Assembly: GCA_015660865.1 (NCBI GenBank)
Contig: JACTUA010000006.1
Coordinates: 151,777-215,776 of the forward strand
Reading direction: 5' to 3'
DNA: 64,000 nt
Origin: Methanomicrobiales archaeon
GTDB taxonomy: Archaea > Halobacteriota > Methanomicrobia > Methanomicrobiales > JACTUA01
In this document: piece after piece, positions 19,425 to 29,429 of the stretch
Layout: each line of letters begins with the position of its first letter
Position numbering within the stretch: position 1 is the stretch's first letter
Translations under genes and position numbers: made by a program
The notes under the pieces: model-generated
The model's database searches: none
What the model saw: the letters and a program-made list of their open reading frames with translations, nothing else
Told to the model about the DNA's origin: nothing

Positions 19425-20798
19425 ATGCCAAAAATCGTTACTGATGTCGGGTGCCCTTACTGCGGGGCATCCTGCGACGATCTTGAGATCCTTGTCTCAG
19501 ATGACGGCAAGAAGATACTCGAGGTCTACAATGCCTGCGCGATAGGAAATGAGGTCTTCCACCATGCATCCAGCCCCGACCGGCTGAAAAGACCGCGGTT
19601 ACGCCAGCCGGACGGGACGTACCAGGAGATCTCCTACGACGAGGCGGTGGACTATACGGCAAAAGTGTTGCTGAAGGCGAAGAAACCCCTGATCTACGGC
19701 TTCGGCTCGACAAACTGCGAGGCCATGAGCGCGGTCGGACGGGTTGCCGAGAAGTCCGGGGCGGTACTCGACAACTGCGCATCGATCTGCCACGGGCCCT
19801 CCTTCCTTGCGATCTTCGATAACGGATATCCCTCCTGCACCCTCGGCGAGGTGAAGAACCGTGCCGATGTTGTCGTATTCTGGGGGTGCAACCCGATGCA
19901 CGCCCACCCGAGGCACACCTCGCGTTACTCGATCTTCCCCCGCGGCTTCTTCACCGAGAAAGGCCAGCGGCAGCGGAAAATGATCTCCATAGATCCCAGG
20001 GAGACCGAGACGGCGAAGCTCGCGGATATCCACCTCATGGTCCAGCAGGGCCATGATTACGAGCTCTTTGATGCATTCAGGACGGTGCTCAGGGGGCACG
20101 ATATCCCGGACGAGGTGGCCGGGATCAGGAAGGAGGCGATCCTGGAGGCCGCCGGGATCATGAAGAACGCCCGGTTCGGCATGATCTTCTTCGGCATGGG
20201 ATGTACCCATACCGACGGACGGAATCACAACGTCGATATCGCGATCAGCCTCACGCGGGATCTCAACACCGTCGCCAAGTACTCGATCATGGCGATGCGC
20301 GGGCACTATAACATCGCAGGTCCGGGCCAGGTATGGTCCTGGCAGTTCGGGTTCCCGTACTGCATCGATCTCACGAAGGGGACGCACGCCCACATGAACC
20401 CGGGGGAGACTAGCTCCATCGATCTCGCCATGCGGGACGAGGTCGACGCTTTCATCAATATCGGCACCGACGCGGGGGCGCACTTCCCCATCGATGCGGT
20501 CAAGCACCTGCGCAAGCACCCCTTCATCACCATCGACCCGAACATCTGCATGGCGAGCGAGATCTCGGATCTCCATATCCCGGTGGCGGTCGTGGGTGTC
20601 GAAGAGGCAGGGGTCGTCTATCGCATGGACAATGTCCCGATCCAGTTCAAGAAGGTGGTCGACCCTCCGGAGGGAGTGATCAGCGACGAGCAACTCTTTG
20701 ACAGGGTCTATCTTAGGATATGCGAGCTGACCGAGACCGAACCCACCTGGATACCGGCGAAAGGGCATGCGAAAGCACCTGTAACCGCGGGGCAGTAA
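19425..20798 (+). CDS. fwdB: Formylmethanofuran dehydrogenase subunit B (Cys-type; Mo versus W not distinguishable)
   Basis: 457 aa with the N-terminal CPYCGASCDD motif and the active-site stretch NCASICHGPS, which carries Cys rather than Sec. Confidence 0.9.
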   Translation: MPKIVTDVGCPYCGASCDDLEILVSDDGKKILEVYNACAIGNEVFHHASSPDRLKRPRLRQPDGTYQEISYDEAVDYTAKVLLKAKKPLIYGFGSTNCEAMSAVGRVAEKSGAVLDNCASICHGPSFLAIFDNGYPSCTLGEVKNRADVVVFWGCNPMHAHPRHTSRYSIFPRGFFTEKGQRQRKMISIDPRETETAKLADIHLMVQQGHDYELFDAFRTVLRGHDIPDEVAGIRKEAILEAAGIMKNARFGMIFFGMGCTHTDGRNHNVDIAISLTRDLNTVAKYSIMAMRGHYNIAGPGQVWSWQFGFPYCIDLTKGTHAHMNPGETSSIDLAMRDEVDAFINIGTDAGAHFPIDAVKHLRKHPFITIDPNICMASEISDLHIPVAVVGVEEAGVVYRMDNVPIQFKKVVDPPEGVISDEQLFDRVYLRICELTETEPTWIPAKGHAKAPVTAGQ

Positions 20799-20799
20799 C

Positions 20800-22506
20800 A
20801 TGGCAGAGATACTCGTAAAGAACGGCTATGTCATCGATCCCGCACAAAAGATCGATGGCGACGTGGCCGATGTCGCAATCAGGGACGATAAGATCGTCGA
20901 ATCTGTGAGTTCCGGCGCCAGGGTGATCGATGCCCGGGGCAAGGTTGTCATGGCAGGGGCTCTCGATGTCCATGCCCATGTCGCGGGGCCCAAGGTGAAC
21001 GTCGGCCGCCTCTTCAGGCCCGAGGACAAACTCTTCAAGAGCCCCGAGGCCCAGCCGAACTACCGGGTCGAGATGGGGTTCTCCGTCCCGAGCACCTTCA
21101 AGACAGGGTACGACTATGCGCGGATGGGCTACGCCTTTGTCATGGAGGCCGCGATGCCGCCGCTCCACTCGCCCCACGTGCACGAGGAGATCCACGACAC
21201 CCCCATCATCGACCAGGCTGCGCTCCCGGTCTTTGCGAACAACTGGTTCGTCCTCGAGTACCTGAAGAAGGGGGAGATCGAGAACAGTGCCGCGTACGTG
21301 GCATGGCTCATCAGGGCCACGAAAGGGTACGGCATCAAGCTCGTCAACCCGGGCGGCACCGAGGCCTGGGGCTGGGGGCTCAACTGCCTGAAACTGGACG
21401 ACCCGGTACCGTTCTTTGACGTCACCCCCGCCGAGATCATCACCGGTCTCATGAAGACCAACGAATACCTCGGGCTCCCCCATTCCATCCACATCCACCA
21501 GAACAGCCTCGGCGATCCCGGCAACTACACGGTGACCCTTGACTCGCTCAAACTCGCGAAAGGGATGAAGGCGAAGAACAAATTCGGGCGGACCCAGGTG
21601 ATGCACTCGACCCATCTCCAGTTCCATTCCTATGGCGGGGACTCCTGGGCGAACTTCGAGTCCAAGGCCAAGGATGTCATGAATTACGTGAACCAGCAGA
21701 AGAACATCACCATCGACCTCGGCTGCGTGACCCTCGACGAGACCACGACCATGACCGCGGACGGTCCCTTCGAGCACCACCTGAATGCGCTCAACCATCT
21801 CAAATGGGCCAATACCGATGTGGAGCTCGAGACTGCCGCCGGCGTCGTGCCGTACATCTATGATAAGGACATCAAGGTCTGTGGGATCCAGTGGGCGATC
21901 GGGCTCGAGCTCGGCCTCTTCACCAAGGACTGTATGCGGACGTTCATCACCACCGATCACCCAAACGCCGGGCCCTTCTTCCGCTACCCGAGGGTCATAA
22001 AATGGCTGATGAGCCAGAAAGCGAGGGAAGCGACCCTTGAGACCTTCAAGCACCGCGATAAGGTGATCGATGCCACGGAGATCCATGGCATCGACCGCGA
22101 ACTGACCCTGTACGAGATAGCCCAGATGACGAGGGCTGGACCGGCAAAGGCCCTGGGCCTCGCCGGCATGTACGGAAGTCTCGCGCCGGGTATGGATGCA
22201 AACGTCGCGGTATTCAACCTCGATTACAAGAAGATGCCGAGCAATCCCGAGAAGATCGAGCAGGCATTCCAGCGGGCACTCTGGTTCATCAAATCAGGGG
22301 AGATCGTGGTGAAGGACGGGGAGATCACGAGCCATGGAAACAAGAGAACCCTCTGGGTCAATGCGAAGGTGAAGGAGAACCCGCAGGTAGTCCGGGATAT
22401 CCACGAGAAGTTCATCAAGGATTACACCGTGAACCTCGATAACTACCCGGTACGGGACTATCTCGCTCCCAACCCGTTCGTAATCGACGTTGACGTGGAG
22501 GCCTGA
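20800..22506 (+). CDS. fwdA: Formylmethanofuran dehydrogenase subunit A (amidohydrolase)
   Basis: 568 aa: MAEILVKNGYVIDP...GALDVHAHVAGPKVN. Size and operon position match fwdA. Confidence 0.9.
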   Translation: MAEILVKNGYVIDPAQKIDGDVADVAIRDDKIVESVSSGARVIDARGKVVMAGALDVHAHVAGPKVNVGRLFRPEDKLFKSPEAQPNYRVEMGFSVPSTFKTGYDYARMGYAFVMEAAMPPLHSPHVHEEIHDTPIIDQAALPVFANNWFVLEYLKKGEIENSAAYVAWLIRATKGYGIKLVNPGGTEAWGWGLNCLKLDDPVPFFDVTPAEIITGLMKTNEYLGLPHSIHIHQNSLGDPGNYTVTLDSLKLAKGMKAKNKFGRTQVMHSTHLQFHSYGGDSWANFESKAKDVMNYVNQQKNITIDLGCVTLDETTTMTADGPFEHHLNALNHLKWANTDVELETAAGVVPYIYDKDIKVCGIQWAIGLELGLFTKDCMRTFITTDHPNAGPFFRYPRVIKWLMSQKAREATLETFKHRDKVIDATEIHGIDRELTLYEIAQMTRAGPAKALGLAGMYGSLAPGMDANVAVFNLDYKKMPSNPEKIEQAFQRALWFIKSGEIVVKDGEITSHGNKRTLWVNAKVKENPQVVRDIHEKFIKDYTVNLDNYPVRDYLAPNPFVIDVDVEA

Positions 22507-22514
22507 GGTGTATC

Positions 22515-23318
22515 ATGGCGACAGTTACGCTGACACCCTATAAGACACCCGAGCTGTTCCTGGAATGCACAACCATCACCCCCGATGCGTTCTGCGGAAA
22601 GGCGCCCCAGGAGATCGCCGAGCTCGAGGTCCGCGAAGGAAAGACAAAGCTCAGGATGGGAGACTACTTCCATGTTGAAGGGAAGGCTGGCAAGACCCCG
22701 GAGGAGACCGAGATCCAGATCCTGGGGGATTGCACCCGGGTGAAGTACATCGGCTTCAAGATGACCGGCGGGGCTATCACCGTGAACGGGAACGCCGATA
22801 TGTATGTCGGCGGGTGGATGAAGGGCGGAAAGATCCACGTGACGGGGAATGTCCATTCCTTCTGCGGTATCGCGATGGAGGGCGGCGAGATCCTGGTTGA
22901 CGGGAAGGCTGAGAATTACGTCGGGTGTGCCTACCGGGGGGACTGGCGCGGCATGCGTGGCGGCACCATCCGGATCCGCGGAAGCGCCGGCAACGATATC
23001 GGGACATTCATGCTCGGCGGTACCATCATCATCGAGAAGAATGCCTTCATCCATGTCTCGACCCATGCAGAGGGAGGGACCATCATCATCAAGGGCAATG
23101 TAGAGGGGCGTGTCGGAGGCCAGATGGTCAAGGGCGATATCTATGTCCTCGGCGAGGTGCAGTACATGCTCCCGGGGTTCCAGAAGATCGAACAGGTCGA
23201 GAAAGAAGTGGATGGTGCAAAAGTGAAGCTGGATCACTATATCGGTGACCTCGGCGAGCGCCATCCAAAGAGCAAGGGCAAGGAGATCTATGCGAATCTC
23301 TTTGTCCGGGCAACTTAA
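22515..23318 (+). CDS. fwdC: Formylmethanofuran dehydrogenase subunit C
   Basis: 267 aa with the repeated GXGXG-type beta-helix pattern (ITVNGNADMYVGGWMKGGKIHVTGNV...GGEILVDG...GGTIRIRGSAGN). Confidence 0.9.
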   Translation: MATVTLTPYKTPELFLECTTITPDAFCGKAPQEIAELEVREGKTKLRMGDYFHVEGKAGKTPEETEIQILGDCTRVKYIGFKMTGGAITVNGNADMYVGGWMKGGKIHVTGNVHSFCGIAMEGGEILVDGKAENYVGCAYRGDWRGMRGGTIRIRGSAGNDIGTFMLGGTIIIEKNAFIHVSTHAEGGTIIIKGNVEGRVGGQMVKGDIYVLGEVQYMLPGFQKIEQVEKEVDGAKVKLDHYIGDLGERHPKSKGKEIYANLFVRAT

Positions 23319-23418
23319 CCCCCCCCTCTTTCGAGGTCTGCCGATCCCCGGCATGAATTGAATCCCCTGTCCTCGCTCCTGAAGGATACCGGCAGGGGCA
23401 TACAAACGAGGAGGAGTT

Positions 23419-24165
23419 ATGGAGGATATTGGTATCGAATTTATGAGGAAGACCCGGTACCCGGATTTTTCGACAGTTGACATGATCAGGAGGGTCCCCC
23501 AGCCACCCGCCGAGCTCCCGGTTGCGGACGGAGCCCGGGTGACCAGGCTCCCGGATCCGAAGAGCGTGAAGATAAGAGACGTAACGGTGCGGGACGCCAT
23601 CGAGGGAATGAAACAGGTATGTTACTTCTCGCGGTCCTCCCTCACGCTCGGGGAACTCTCCTTCCTCCTCTGGTGCACCCAGGGAGTCCGCGAGGCCGAA
23701 CCCGATCAGCAGGCGATCCGGAATGTCCCTTCAAGCGGCTCCCGGTTCCCGATCGAGACATATTTTGTGGCAGGAGAGGTTGAAGGGCTCCCGACAGGGC
23801 TCTACCGCTACCTGCCCCTCTCGCACAGCATCGTGACAGTACGCGAGGCTTCCGATCTCCCGTTCGAGATGGGCACCGCCAGCATGAACTTCAAGGTAGT
23901 CACCCGCGCAGCCGTGACCTTCCTCTGGGTGGGGATACCGTATCGTTCGACCTGGGCACTGGGGAACCGGGGATACCGGAGCGTGCTCATCGAGGCCGGA
24001 CAGATCTGCCAGGCGCTCATCTTCGCGGCAGCATGCATCGGGTCCGAGGTGCATGCGATCGACCTCTTCCATGACGAGTACATGGTAAAACTCGCAGATC
24101 TGGATCCCGATACCCAGTGGCCGGTTTATGTCGCTGCCGTCGGCCAAACGGAACGGGATCTCTGA
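23419..24165 (+). CDS. SagB-type dehydrogenase / nitroreductase-fold protein
   Basis: 248 aa. The stretches LSFLLWCTQGV, PSSGSRFPIETY, GLYRYLP and YRSVLIEAGQI are typical of the SagB-type nitroreductase domain. Confidence 0.7.
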   Translation: MEDIGIEFMRKTRYPDFSTVDMIRRVPQPPAELPVADGARVTRLPDPKSVKIRDVTVRDAIEGMKQVCYFSRSSLTLGELSFLLWCTQGVREAEPDQQAIRNVPSSGSRFPIETYFVAGEVEGLPTGLYRYLPLSHSIVTVREASDLPFEMGTASMNFKVVTRAAVTFLWVGIPYRSTWALGNRGYRSVLIEAGQICQALIFAAACIGSEVHAIDLFHDEYMVKLADLDPDTQWPVYVAAVGQTERDL

Positions 24166-24294
24166 TCGCTTCAGGCAATCCGCCGAACATAGGGATCGGC
24201 CAAAATAATCTGGAATTCAGGGATGAAACAGGTTCTTCAATCGATCCCCGGCATATGCCAGGCATCCACATCGGGCATCCATCGGTGAGAGGCG

Positions 24295-25077
24295 GTGAAC
24301 ACGGCTGATATGTTCAGGACGTTTCCCTGTATCAGGGGTGAGGGAGGTGTATTTACCCGGGGGACCCACCCGGTCATCGAGGAGATCGCGGTCACCCTGA
24401 ATGTGAACGGCAGGCACGCGATGACCGCTATGACGAGCCCGGTGAACCTCGAGGAGTTCATCACCGGTTACCTCTATACCGAGCAGATCGTGAGAAGTCT
24501 CGACGAGATCGAATCGATCCGGGTGGAGAAGAACATCGTCTCGGTCCTCACCAGGAACCTCATGAGGGTTCTCGGCCCGAAGAAGGTTATTCTCAGCGGG
24601 TGCGGCGGGGATGCGTCTTTTCTCGACCTAACGAAGCTCCCCAGGATCCACTCGGACCTCATCCTTCCCTACTCCACCGTGATCGACGGGGTCAGGCAGG
24701 TGCTCGAATCTGAACTCCACCGGGTCACCGGGGGCATTCATACGGTCGGGCTCGTGAGTGCAGACGGCACCATCCGCAAGGCAGAGGATATCGGCCGGCA
24801 CAATGCCCTCGACCGGGTGATAGGGCGGGCCCTCAGGGACGGGATCGATCTCTCGCAGAGCTTTGCTGTCCTGTCAGGTCGGATCTCCTCCGAGATGGTG
24901 AGAAAGAGCCTTGTTGCGAATATCCCGGTCATCGTCTCCCGTGGTGCGACCACGAGCCTCTCGATTGATGTTGCAGAAAAGACCGGCCTCACGGTGGTCG
25001 GTTTTGTCAGGGCAGGCAAGATGAATATCTATGCACACCCCGAACGGATTGAAGGGGCGCCTGCATTACCAGAGTGA
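24295..25077 (+). CDS. fdhD: Formate dehydrogenase accessory sulfurtransferase FdhD
   Basis: Family signature stretches SGCGG, TGGIHTVGL, EDIGRHNALDRVIG, SGRISSEMVRK and IVSRGATTSL are present. The start is either the GTG at 24295 or the ATG at 24310. Confidence 0.9.
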   Translation: MNTADMFRTFPCIRGEGGVFTRGTHPVIEEIAVTLNVNGRHAMTAMTSPVNLEEFITGYLYTEQIVRSLDEIESIRVEKNIVSVLTRNLMRVLGPKKVILSGCGGDASFLDLTKLPRIHSDLILPYSTVIDGVRQVLESELHRVTGGIHTVGLVSADGTIRKAEDIGRHNALDRVIGRALRDGIDLSQSFAVLSGRISSEMVRKSLVANIPVIVSRGATTSLSIDVAEKTGLTVVGFVRAGKMNIYAHPERIEGAPALPE

Positions 25078-25204
25078 CGGGTGTCTCCACGATTCGCGTC
25101 GTTCAACCGGAGTGGAGATAGATGGATTCTGCCTTGTCTCAACGATATCAGTTTCATTACCTGCCCGGGATAATGGATCCTGTACAGGCCCAAGAGGTGC
25201 ATCC

Positions 25205-25951
25205 GTGAAAGTCATCCTAGTCACCGGTCTGTCCGGATCGGGAAAGACCACATTCATCCGAACCCTCATCCCCTTCCTCGCCCGCTTCGGCCCCGTCGGT
25301 ACAGTGAAGCACACCGGACACCACTCCATGGAACTCCCGACAGGAAAAGACACAACGGTCATGTTCGGCGCAGGAGCAGCTGCGGTGGCCGGGATCGACA
25401 GCGAGAAGACACTCATCACCCTCGGCAGCACCTCCCTCGCCGAGGCCCTCGATATCTTAGCCGGGCGGGGGATCGTTACCGCAATCGTGGAAGGGTACAA
25501 GAGCAGTCCCCTGCCGAAGATCGTCATCGGGGATATCGACCTGGAAGGGTGCATCCTCCGGAACCCGGATCCGGCGGACGTGATCCGGTGCCTCGATAAG
25601 TTCCACGACTACGTCACCATCGGGGAGATCTTGCGGGAGCTCGGGGCAAACTGCAGGGCTGAAACTGGCTCCGTAACCCTTGCCGCCTCCGCAACCCCCC
25701 TCTCCTTCGGGAGCGAGGGGGTTGCCCTTTCTGCCCTCGAACGGGCGCTGCCCCGTATTGCCGAGGCAGTGAAGGATCTCCCGGGCGTCATCGGGGTGCG
25801 GGCGGCGATCCAGCATGGCACTTTTTTCGGCAGGTCCGATGAGCTGCTCATCGCAATTGCCGCAGGAAAAGGGGAAGCGGCTGCTTCCGCACTTGAAGCG
25901 GCCTTCTCCCGTTGCAGGGAAGAACTGGCTGCCCGGGGGACCCCCCTGTAA
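25205..25951 (+). CDS. mobB: MobB (molybdopterin-guanine dinucleotide biosynthesis adapter) with ~130-aa C-terminal extension
   Basis: A GTG start gives VKVILVTGLSGSGKTTF (P-loop), then VKHTGHH and IVEGYK. The C-terminal extension (IGVRAAIQHGTFFGRSDELLIAIAAGKGEAA...) has no function I can assign. The upstream part of the track ORF overlaps fdhD and is rejected. Confidence 0.75.
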   Translation: MKVILVTGLSGSGKTTFIRTLIPFLARFGPVGTVKHTGHHSMELPTGKDTTVMFGAGAAAVAGIDSEKTLITLGSTSLAEALDILAGRGIVTAIVEGYKSSPLPKIVIGDIDLEGCILRNPDPADVIRCLDKFHDYVTIGEILRELGANCRAETGSVTLAASATPLSFGSEGVALSALERALPRIAEAVKDLPGVIGVRAAIQHGTFFGRSDELLIAIAAGKGEAAASALEAAFSRCREELAARGTPL

Positions 25952-26000
25952 ACCAGCACTGAACAGGGAAAAGCGCCTTCTCCGGCCTTCTGGGACCAGC

Positions 26001-26516
26001 TCAGGAATCGAGGGTTTTGTCCAGGAATCTCCTGTCTGATCGTGCTTCCGCGACCTTCTCATCGCATCCCGAGAGCCACCCGGACCTCTCATCAGGATAC
26101 GCGTCAAAGGCCGGGACATAGGGCTTGATATCGAAGAGCGGTGTCCCGTCCAAGATATCGACATCAGCGATGACGAGCTCCCCGTCCTTCACCCTCTCCA
26201 GTCTCACGATGGAGAGGCCGATGGCATTCGGCCTTCTCGGGGCCCGGGTTGAAAAGACGCCCCGGGGCCTGGCATCGAGGAAGGGGATGACGACAAGGCC
26301 GTAGCCGGCCGAGCGGTGGAAGGAATAGATGAGAAATATCCTGGAGAACCCCTCCAGATCGGAGAGTCCAGGCCGGTATTCCTCGTAGATCTCCACCCTC
26401 CCCTGAACACCGCGGGCCCCCTGGGGCTGGATGGGCATCCCGGCGGGGTCCTGGTAAGGAGAATGGATGATGCCAATGGGCCGGTACGAGAATGCGGGGT
26501 TATTTTCTTCCTTCAT
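26001..26516 (-). CDS. TsaA/TrmO (YaeB)-like SAM-dependent methyltransferase family protein
   Basis: 171 aa with PIGIIHSPY, QGRVEIYEEYRPGLSDLEGFS, FSTRAPRRPNAIGLS and LDGTPLFDIKPYVP. Confidence 0.8.
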   Translation of the reverse strand: MKEENNPAFSYRPIGIIHSPYQDPAGMPIQPQGARGVQGRVEIYEEYRPGLSDLEGFSRIFLIYSFHRSAGYGLVVIPFLDARPRGVFSTRAPRRPNAIGLSIVRLERVKDGELVIADVDILDGTPLFDIKPYVPAFDAYPDERSGWLSGCDEKVAEARSDRRFLDKTLDS

Positions 26517-26612
26517 CGTTCGTCTTCCCGGATTCGGTATCAGCCGCTCCTATATTCAGGATATGGATATCACCTGGGGCAATTGGGCATGCACGGGTGG
26601 CGTCCCAAAGGA

Positions 26613-27377
26613 TTAGTCCGTGATGGAGGAGGGAATTCCCGTCAGGGAAGAGATCCGGGTCTCCAACTGGCGTGCGGGATGCCCACGCTCCTGGGTCAGG
26701 TACATCCCGGGCAGGTCCCCGGGCCGCCCCTCCCATACCTTCACGCCCTGGTCAAGGATGCAGGCCCTGTCGCCCACGTCCTTCGCATCCCTGACCCGGT
26801 GCATCACCAGGATGCAGGGGATCCCTTCATCGGCGACATACTGCCTGAGGAATCCTTTCACGTCCTGCATGCTCCGGGCATCCAAGGCGTTGAAGGGCTC
26901 GTCGAGCATGAGGAGGACCGGGCCGGGGGCGAGGGCTCTTGCAAGGGCAACCCGCTGCTGCTGGCCGCCCGAGAGCATCCCCGCCTTCACGCCGGCAAGG
27001 TCGGAGAGGTTCATCGTGTCGAGCCAGCGATCCACCCGGCCTGCGATAGTGGACGTCGGCGTGTGCCGTGCGCGAAGGCCGAAGGCGATGTTCTCCCGGA
27101 CCGTCATGTGGGGAAAGACCGCCGGGTTCTGGAAGACGTACCCGATCCTGCGATCCTCGACAGGAATATGGATCCCGCCATGAGGATCGTAGAAGATCGT
27201 CCCGTTGAGCCGGATGAGCCCCGAGTCCGGGGGGATGATTCCGGAGATCATGTTGAGGGTCATGGATTTCCCTGCCCCGTTCTCACCCATGAGCACCAGG
27301 ATCTCCCCGGGGTTCACCGTGATCGCGAGGTCAAGGGGGAAGTCCCGGAGTATCTTCTTCACCCTTGCTTCAAGCAC
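26613..27377 (-). CDS. modC: Molybdate/tungstate ABC transporter ATP-binding protein (no fused TOBE domain)
   Basis: Walker A is GENGAGKS, the ABC signature is LSGGQQQRVALARAL, and Walker B is LLMLDEP. The gene overlaps modB by 8 nt. Confidence 0.8.
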   Translation of the reverse strand: MLEARVKKILRDFPLDLAITVNPGEILVLMGENGAGKSMTLNMISGIIPPDSGLIRLNGTIFYDPHGGIHIPVEDRRIGYVFQNPAVFPHMTVRENIAFGLRARHTPTSTIAGRVDRWLDTMNLSDLAGVKAGMLSGGQQQRVALARALAPGPVLLMLDEPFNALDARSMQDVKGFLRQYVADEGIPCILVMHRVRDAKDVGDRACILDQGVKVWEGRPGDLPGMYLTQERGHPARQLETRISSLTGIPSSITD

Positions 27378-28191
27378 GGGAAACCTCCCTTCTCGCGAAG
27401 AAGCGGAATGCCATCATGATGGCAAAGGAGAGGATCACGAGGAGAATGGCGATGGTGATCCCGATATTGAAGTTCCCCTCAAGGCCGCCGTACACCGCGA
27501 GGGGCATGGTCTGGGTCACCCCCGGGAGGTTGCCTGCGAACATGATGGTCGCGCCAAACTCCCCCAGTGCCCGGGCAAAGGTCATGACCGCGCCGGAGAC
27601 GAGGCCGTTTGCCGTGAGCGGGATGGTGATCCCGAGGAAGATGCGCAGCGGCGAGGCCCCCAGGGTCCTTGCCGTCTGTTCGTAAGCCGGGTCCATCTGC
27701 TCGAAGAGGGCTTTCGCCTGCCGGATGTAGAAGGGGGAGGCGACGAAGACCTGGGCCATGATCACCGCAAGGGTCGTGAAGGCGATGGTGATGCCAAAGA
27801 GGTCCAGGTACCGGCCGATGAGCCCCGTCCTCCCGTAGAGGAGGAGGAGCCCGAGGCCCGCCACCGCTGGAGGGAGGACCAGGGGGAGGTCGATGAGGGT
27901 ATCGACCAGGACCTTCCCCGGGTACCTGCTTCTCGAGTGAAAGAAGGCAAAGGGGGTGCCGAGGAGGACCACGACGGAGATGGTGACCGTGGAGGTGAAG
28001 AGGGAGAGCCACAGCGCGCTCAGGACATCGGGATCACCGAGGGAGGAGAGGAAGAGATCGGGGGTGGTCCGGAAGAAGAGGGTCACGACCGGCAGGGCAA
28101 GGTAGAGCGTTACCAAAAGGAGGAGGGCGGCTGCTCCGGCAATGGCGATGGTGTGGCGCAATCTTTCTGGTCTCATTCCCGTTGCGTTCAT
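27370..28191 (-). CDS. modB: Molybdate/tungstate ABC transporter permease
   Basis: 273 aa multi-pass membrane protein with the EAA-type loop (ARTLGASPLRIFLGITIPL). It sits between modA and modC. Confidence 0.8.
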   Translation of the reverse strand: MNATGMRPERLRHTIAIAGAAALLLLVTLYLALPVVTLFFRTTPDLFLSSLGDPDVLSALWLSLFTSTVTISVVVLLGTPFAFFHSRSRYPGKVLVDTLIDLPLVLPPAVAGLGLLLLYGRTGLIGRYLDLFGITIAFTTLAVIMAQVFVASPFYIRQAKALFEQMDPAYEQTARTLGASPLRIFLGITIPLTANGLVSGAVMTFARALGEFGATIMFAGNLPGVTQTMPLAVYGGLEGNFNIGITIAILLVILSFAIMMAFRFFARREVSRA

Positions 28192-28254
28192 GGATTGGAG
28201 AACTCGTCCTTTTGGCGTCAGTTCTGGAAGATGTGAGGAGCTCCCTCAAAAATT

Positions 28255-29211
28255 TTATGAGACCGGCCTGAACCCGAAGTCGGTCAGGATCTTCTGGCCG
28301 TTAGTAGAGAGGAGGAACTCCGCAAAGGCCCGGGCCGCAGGCTTGTTGGTGCTGATCCTCATGACCCCGATGGAGTAGGTCTGGAGGGCGTTGTCCCCCT
28401 TCGGGACATTAATGGCGGCGAGAGTCCCCTTGGGTGCTGCCCTGAACGAGGATTCGTACACAAAGCCTGCATCCACTACCCCGAGGGAGACCTTGGTGAC
28501 GATGCCCGGTTCGGTGGTCTCGTAGGTTTTGACATTCCGAAAGAGCTGATCTCTCCAGCCTGCGGTGTAGGTGCTGTTCGCCAGGTTGTTGATGACGATC
28601 CGGGTGTTGATGCCCACCGGCACATCCTTTGTCCCCATGGCAAGGAGTTTCCCGGCTGCGCCGAGATCGGCTAGGGAGGAGATGCCGCCCGGGTTGGCCG
28701 CAGGTGTGATGACGATGATGTAGTTCGACGTCAGGGGTTTCACGGTATCGTTGAGGAAATACCCTTCGTTCGTCAGGGCACTGGTGTACGTGTTGCTCGC
28801 AGAGATGAAAATATCCGCATAGGCCCCCGATTCCACCTGGTGCTTGAGGATCTGGGTCCCGTCCAGGTCGAAGATGACATGGGTGCCGGGGTACGCCTTC
28901 TCGAAGGCAGGGCCGAGTTTGCCCGAAGCCCCTTTGAGGGAGGCCGCGGTGTAGGCAACAACCAGGCCCGACGCCATTTCTGTGGCCGGTGCGGGAGCAG
29001 GGGTGGTTGCGACAATCACCGGTGTGGGTACTGCGGCGGTGATAATGGGAGGGGAGGTCACCGCGGGTATTGCTGGTGTCGTTGCAGCCACAGTCGGGGG
29101 TGGCACCGGTTGTTCCGGGGCTCCCGATGTGCATCCGACAGAGAATGCGGTGGCGAAGAGGAGCATGCAGACGATTCCTGCGATGAGGGAAAGGGTGATG
29201 CGTGATTTCAT
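28255..29211 (-). CDS. modA: Molybdate/tungstate ABC transporter substrate-binding protein
   Basis: It has a signal/lipobox-like N-terminus (LLFATAFSVGC), a Pro/Thr/Ala linker, and a ModA-like core (VAYTAASLKGA...FISASN...GVVDAGFVYES). Confidence 0.8.
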   Translation of the reverse strand: MKSRITLSLIAGIVCMLLFATAFSVGCTSGAPEQPVPPPTVAATTPAIPAVTSPPIITAAVPTPVIVATTPAPAPATEMASGLVVAYTAASLKGASGKLGPAFEKAYPGTHVIFDLDGTQILKHQVESGAYADIFISASNTYTSALTNEGYFLNDTVKPLTSNYIIVITPAANPGGISSLADLGAAGKLLAMGTKDVPVGINTRIVINNLANSTYTAGWRDQLFRNVKTYETTEPGIVTKVSLGVVDAGFVYESSFRAAPKGTLAAINVPKGDNALQTYSIGVMRISTNKPAARAFAEFLLSTNGQKILTDFGFRPVS

Positions 29212-29429
29212 GGTTATCCATAGATAGATCTTCCCGATCTTGTATAAGTCTTTTCATTTCTTTTTCCATATTGTTAATGTATATAAGCACATGTATAGAT
29301 AATTGGCTATAAAAAGATGAATGGAACCTCCTGGCAATGTGTACCGCCGGGATCGTTCCGGAGCGCGCTCTCGAAATACCGGCCATATAGAGAGGCTTTA
29401 ATGAACCTCTTACCGGGGATCGCCATGTC

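Noticed and set aside
20713-22086. 457-aa minus-strand ORF.
   Set aside because: It is antisense to fwdA, whose identity is clear. It is low-complexity and treated as a GC artefact.
23342-24254. 13-nt direct repeat cgatccccggcat flanking the SagB-type gene (23342-23354 and 24242-24254).
   Set aside because: Repeats of this length are expected by chance in 64 kb of compositionally biased DNA, and there are no supporting features of mobility.
29240-29320. ModE-type operator in the modA upstream region (tgtatataagcacatgtataga).
   Set aside because: It only loosely resembles the bacterial TATAT-N7-TAYAT pattern and overlaps ordinary TATA-like promoter sequence. No ModE homolog is visible in the window.
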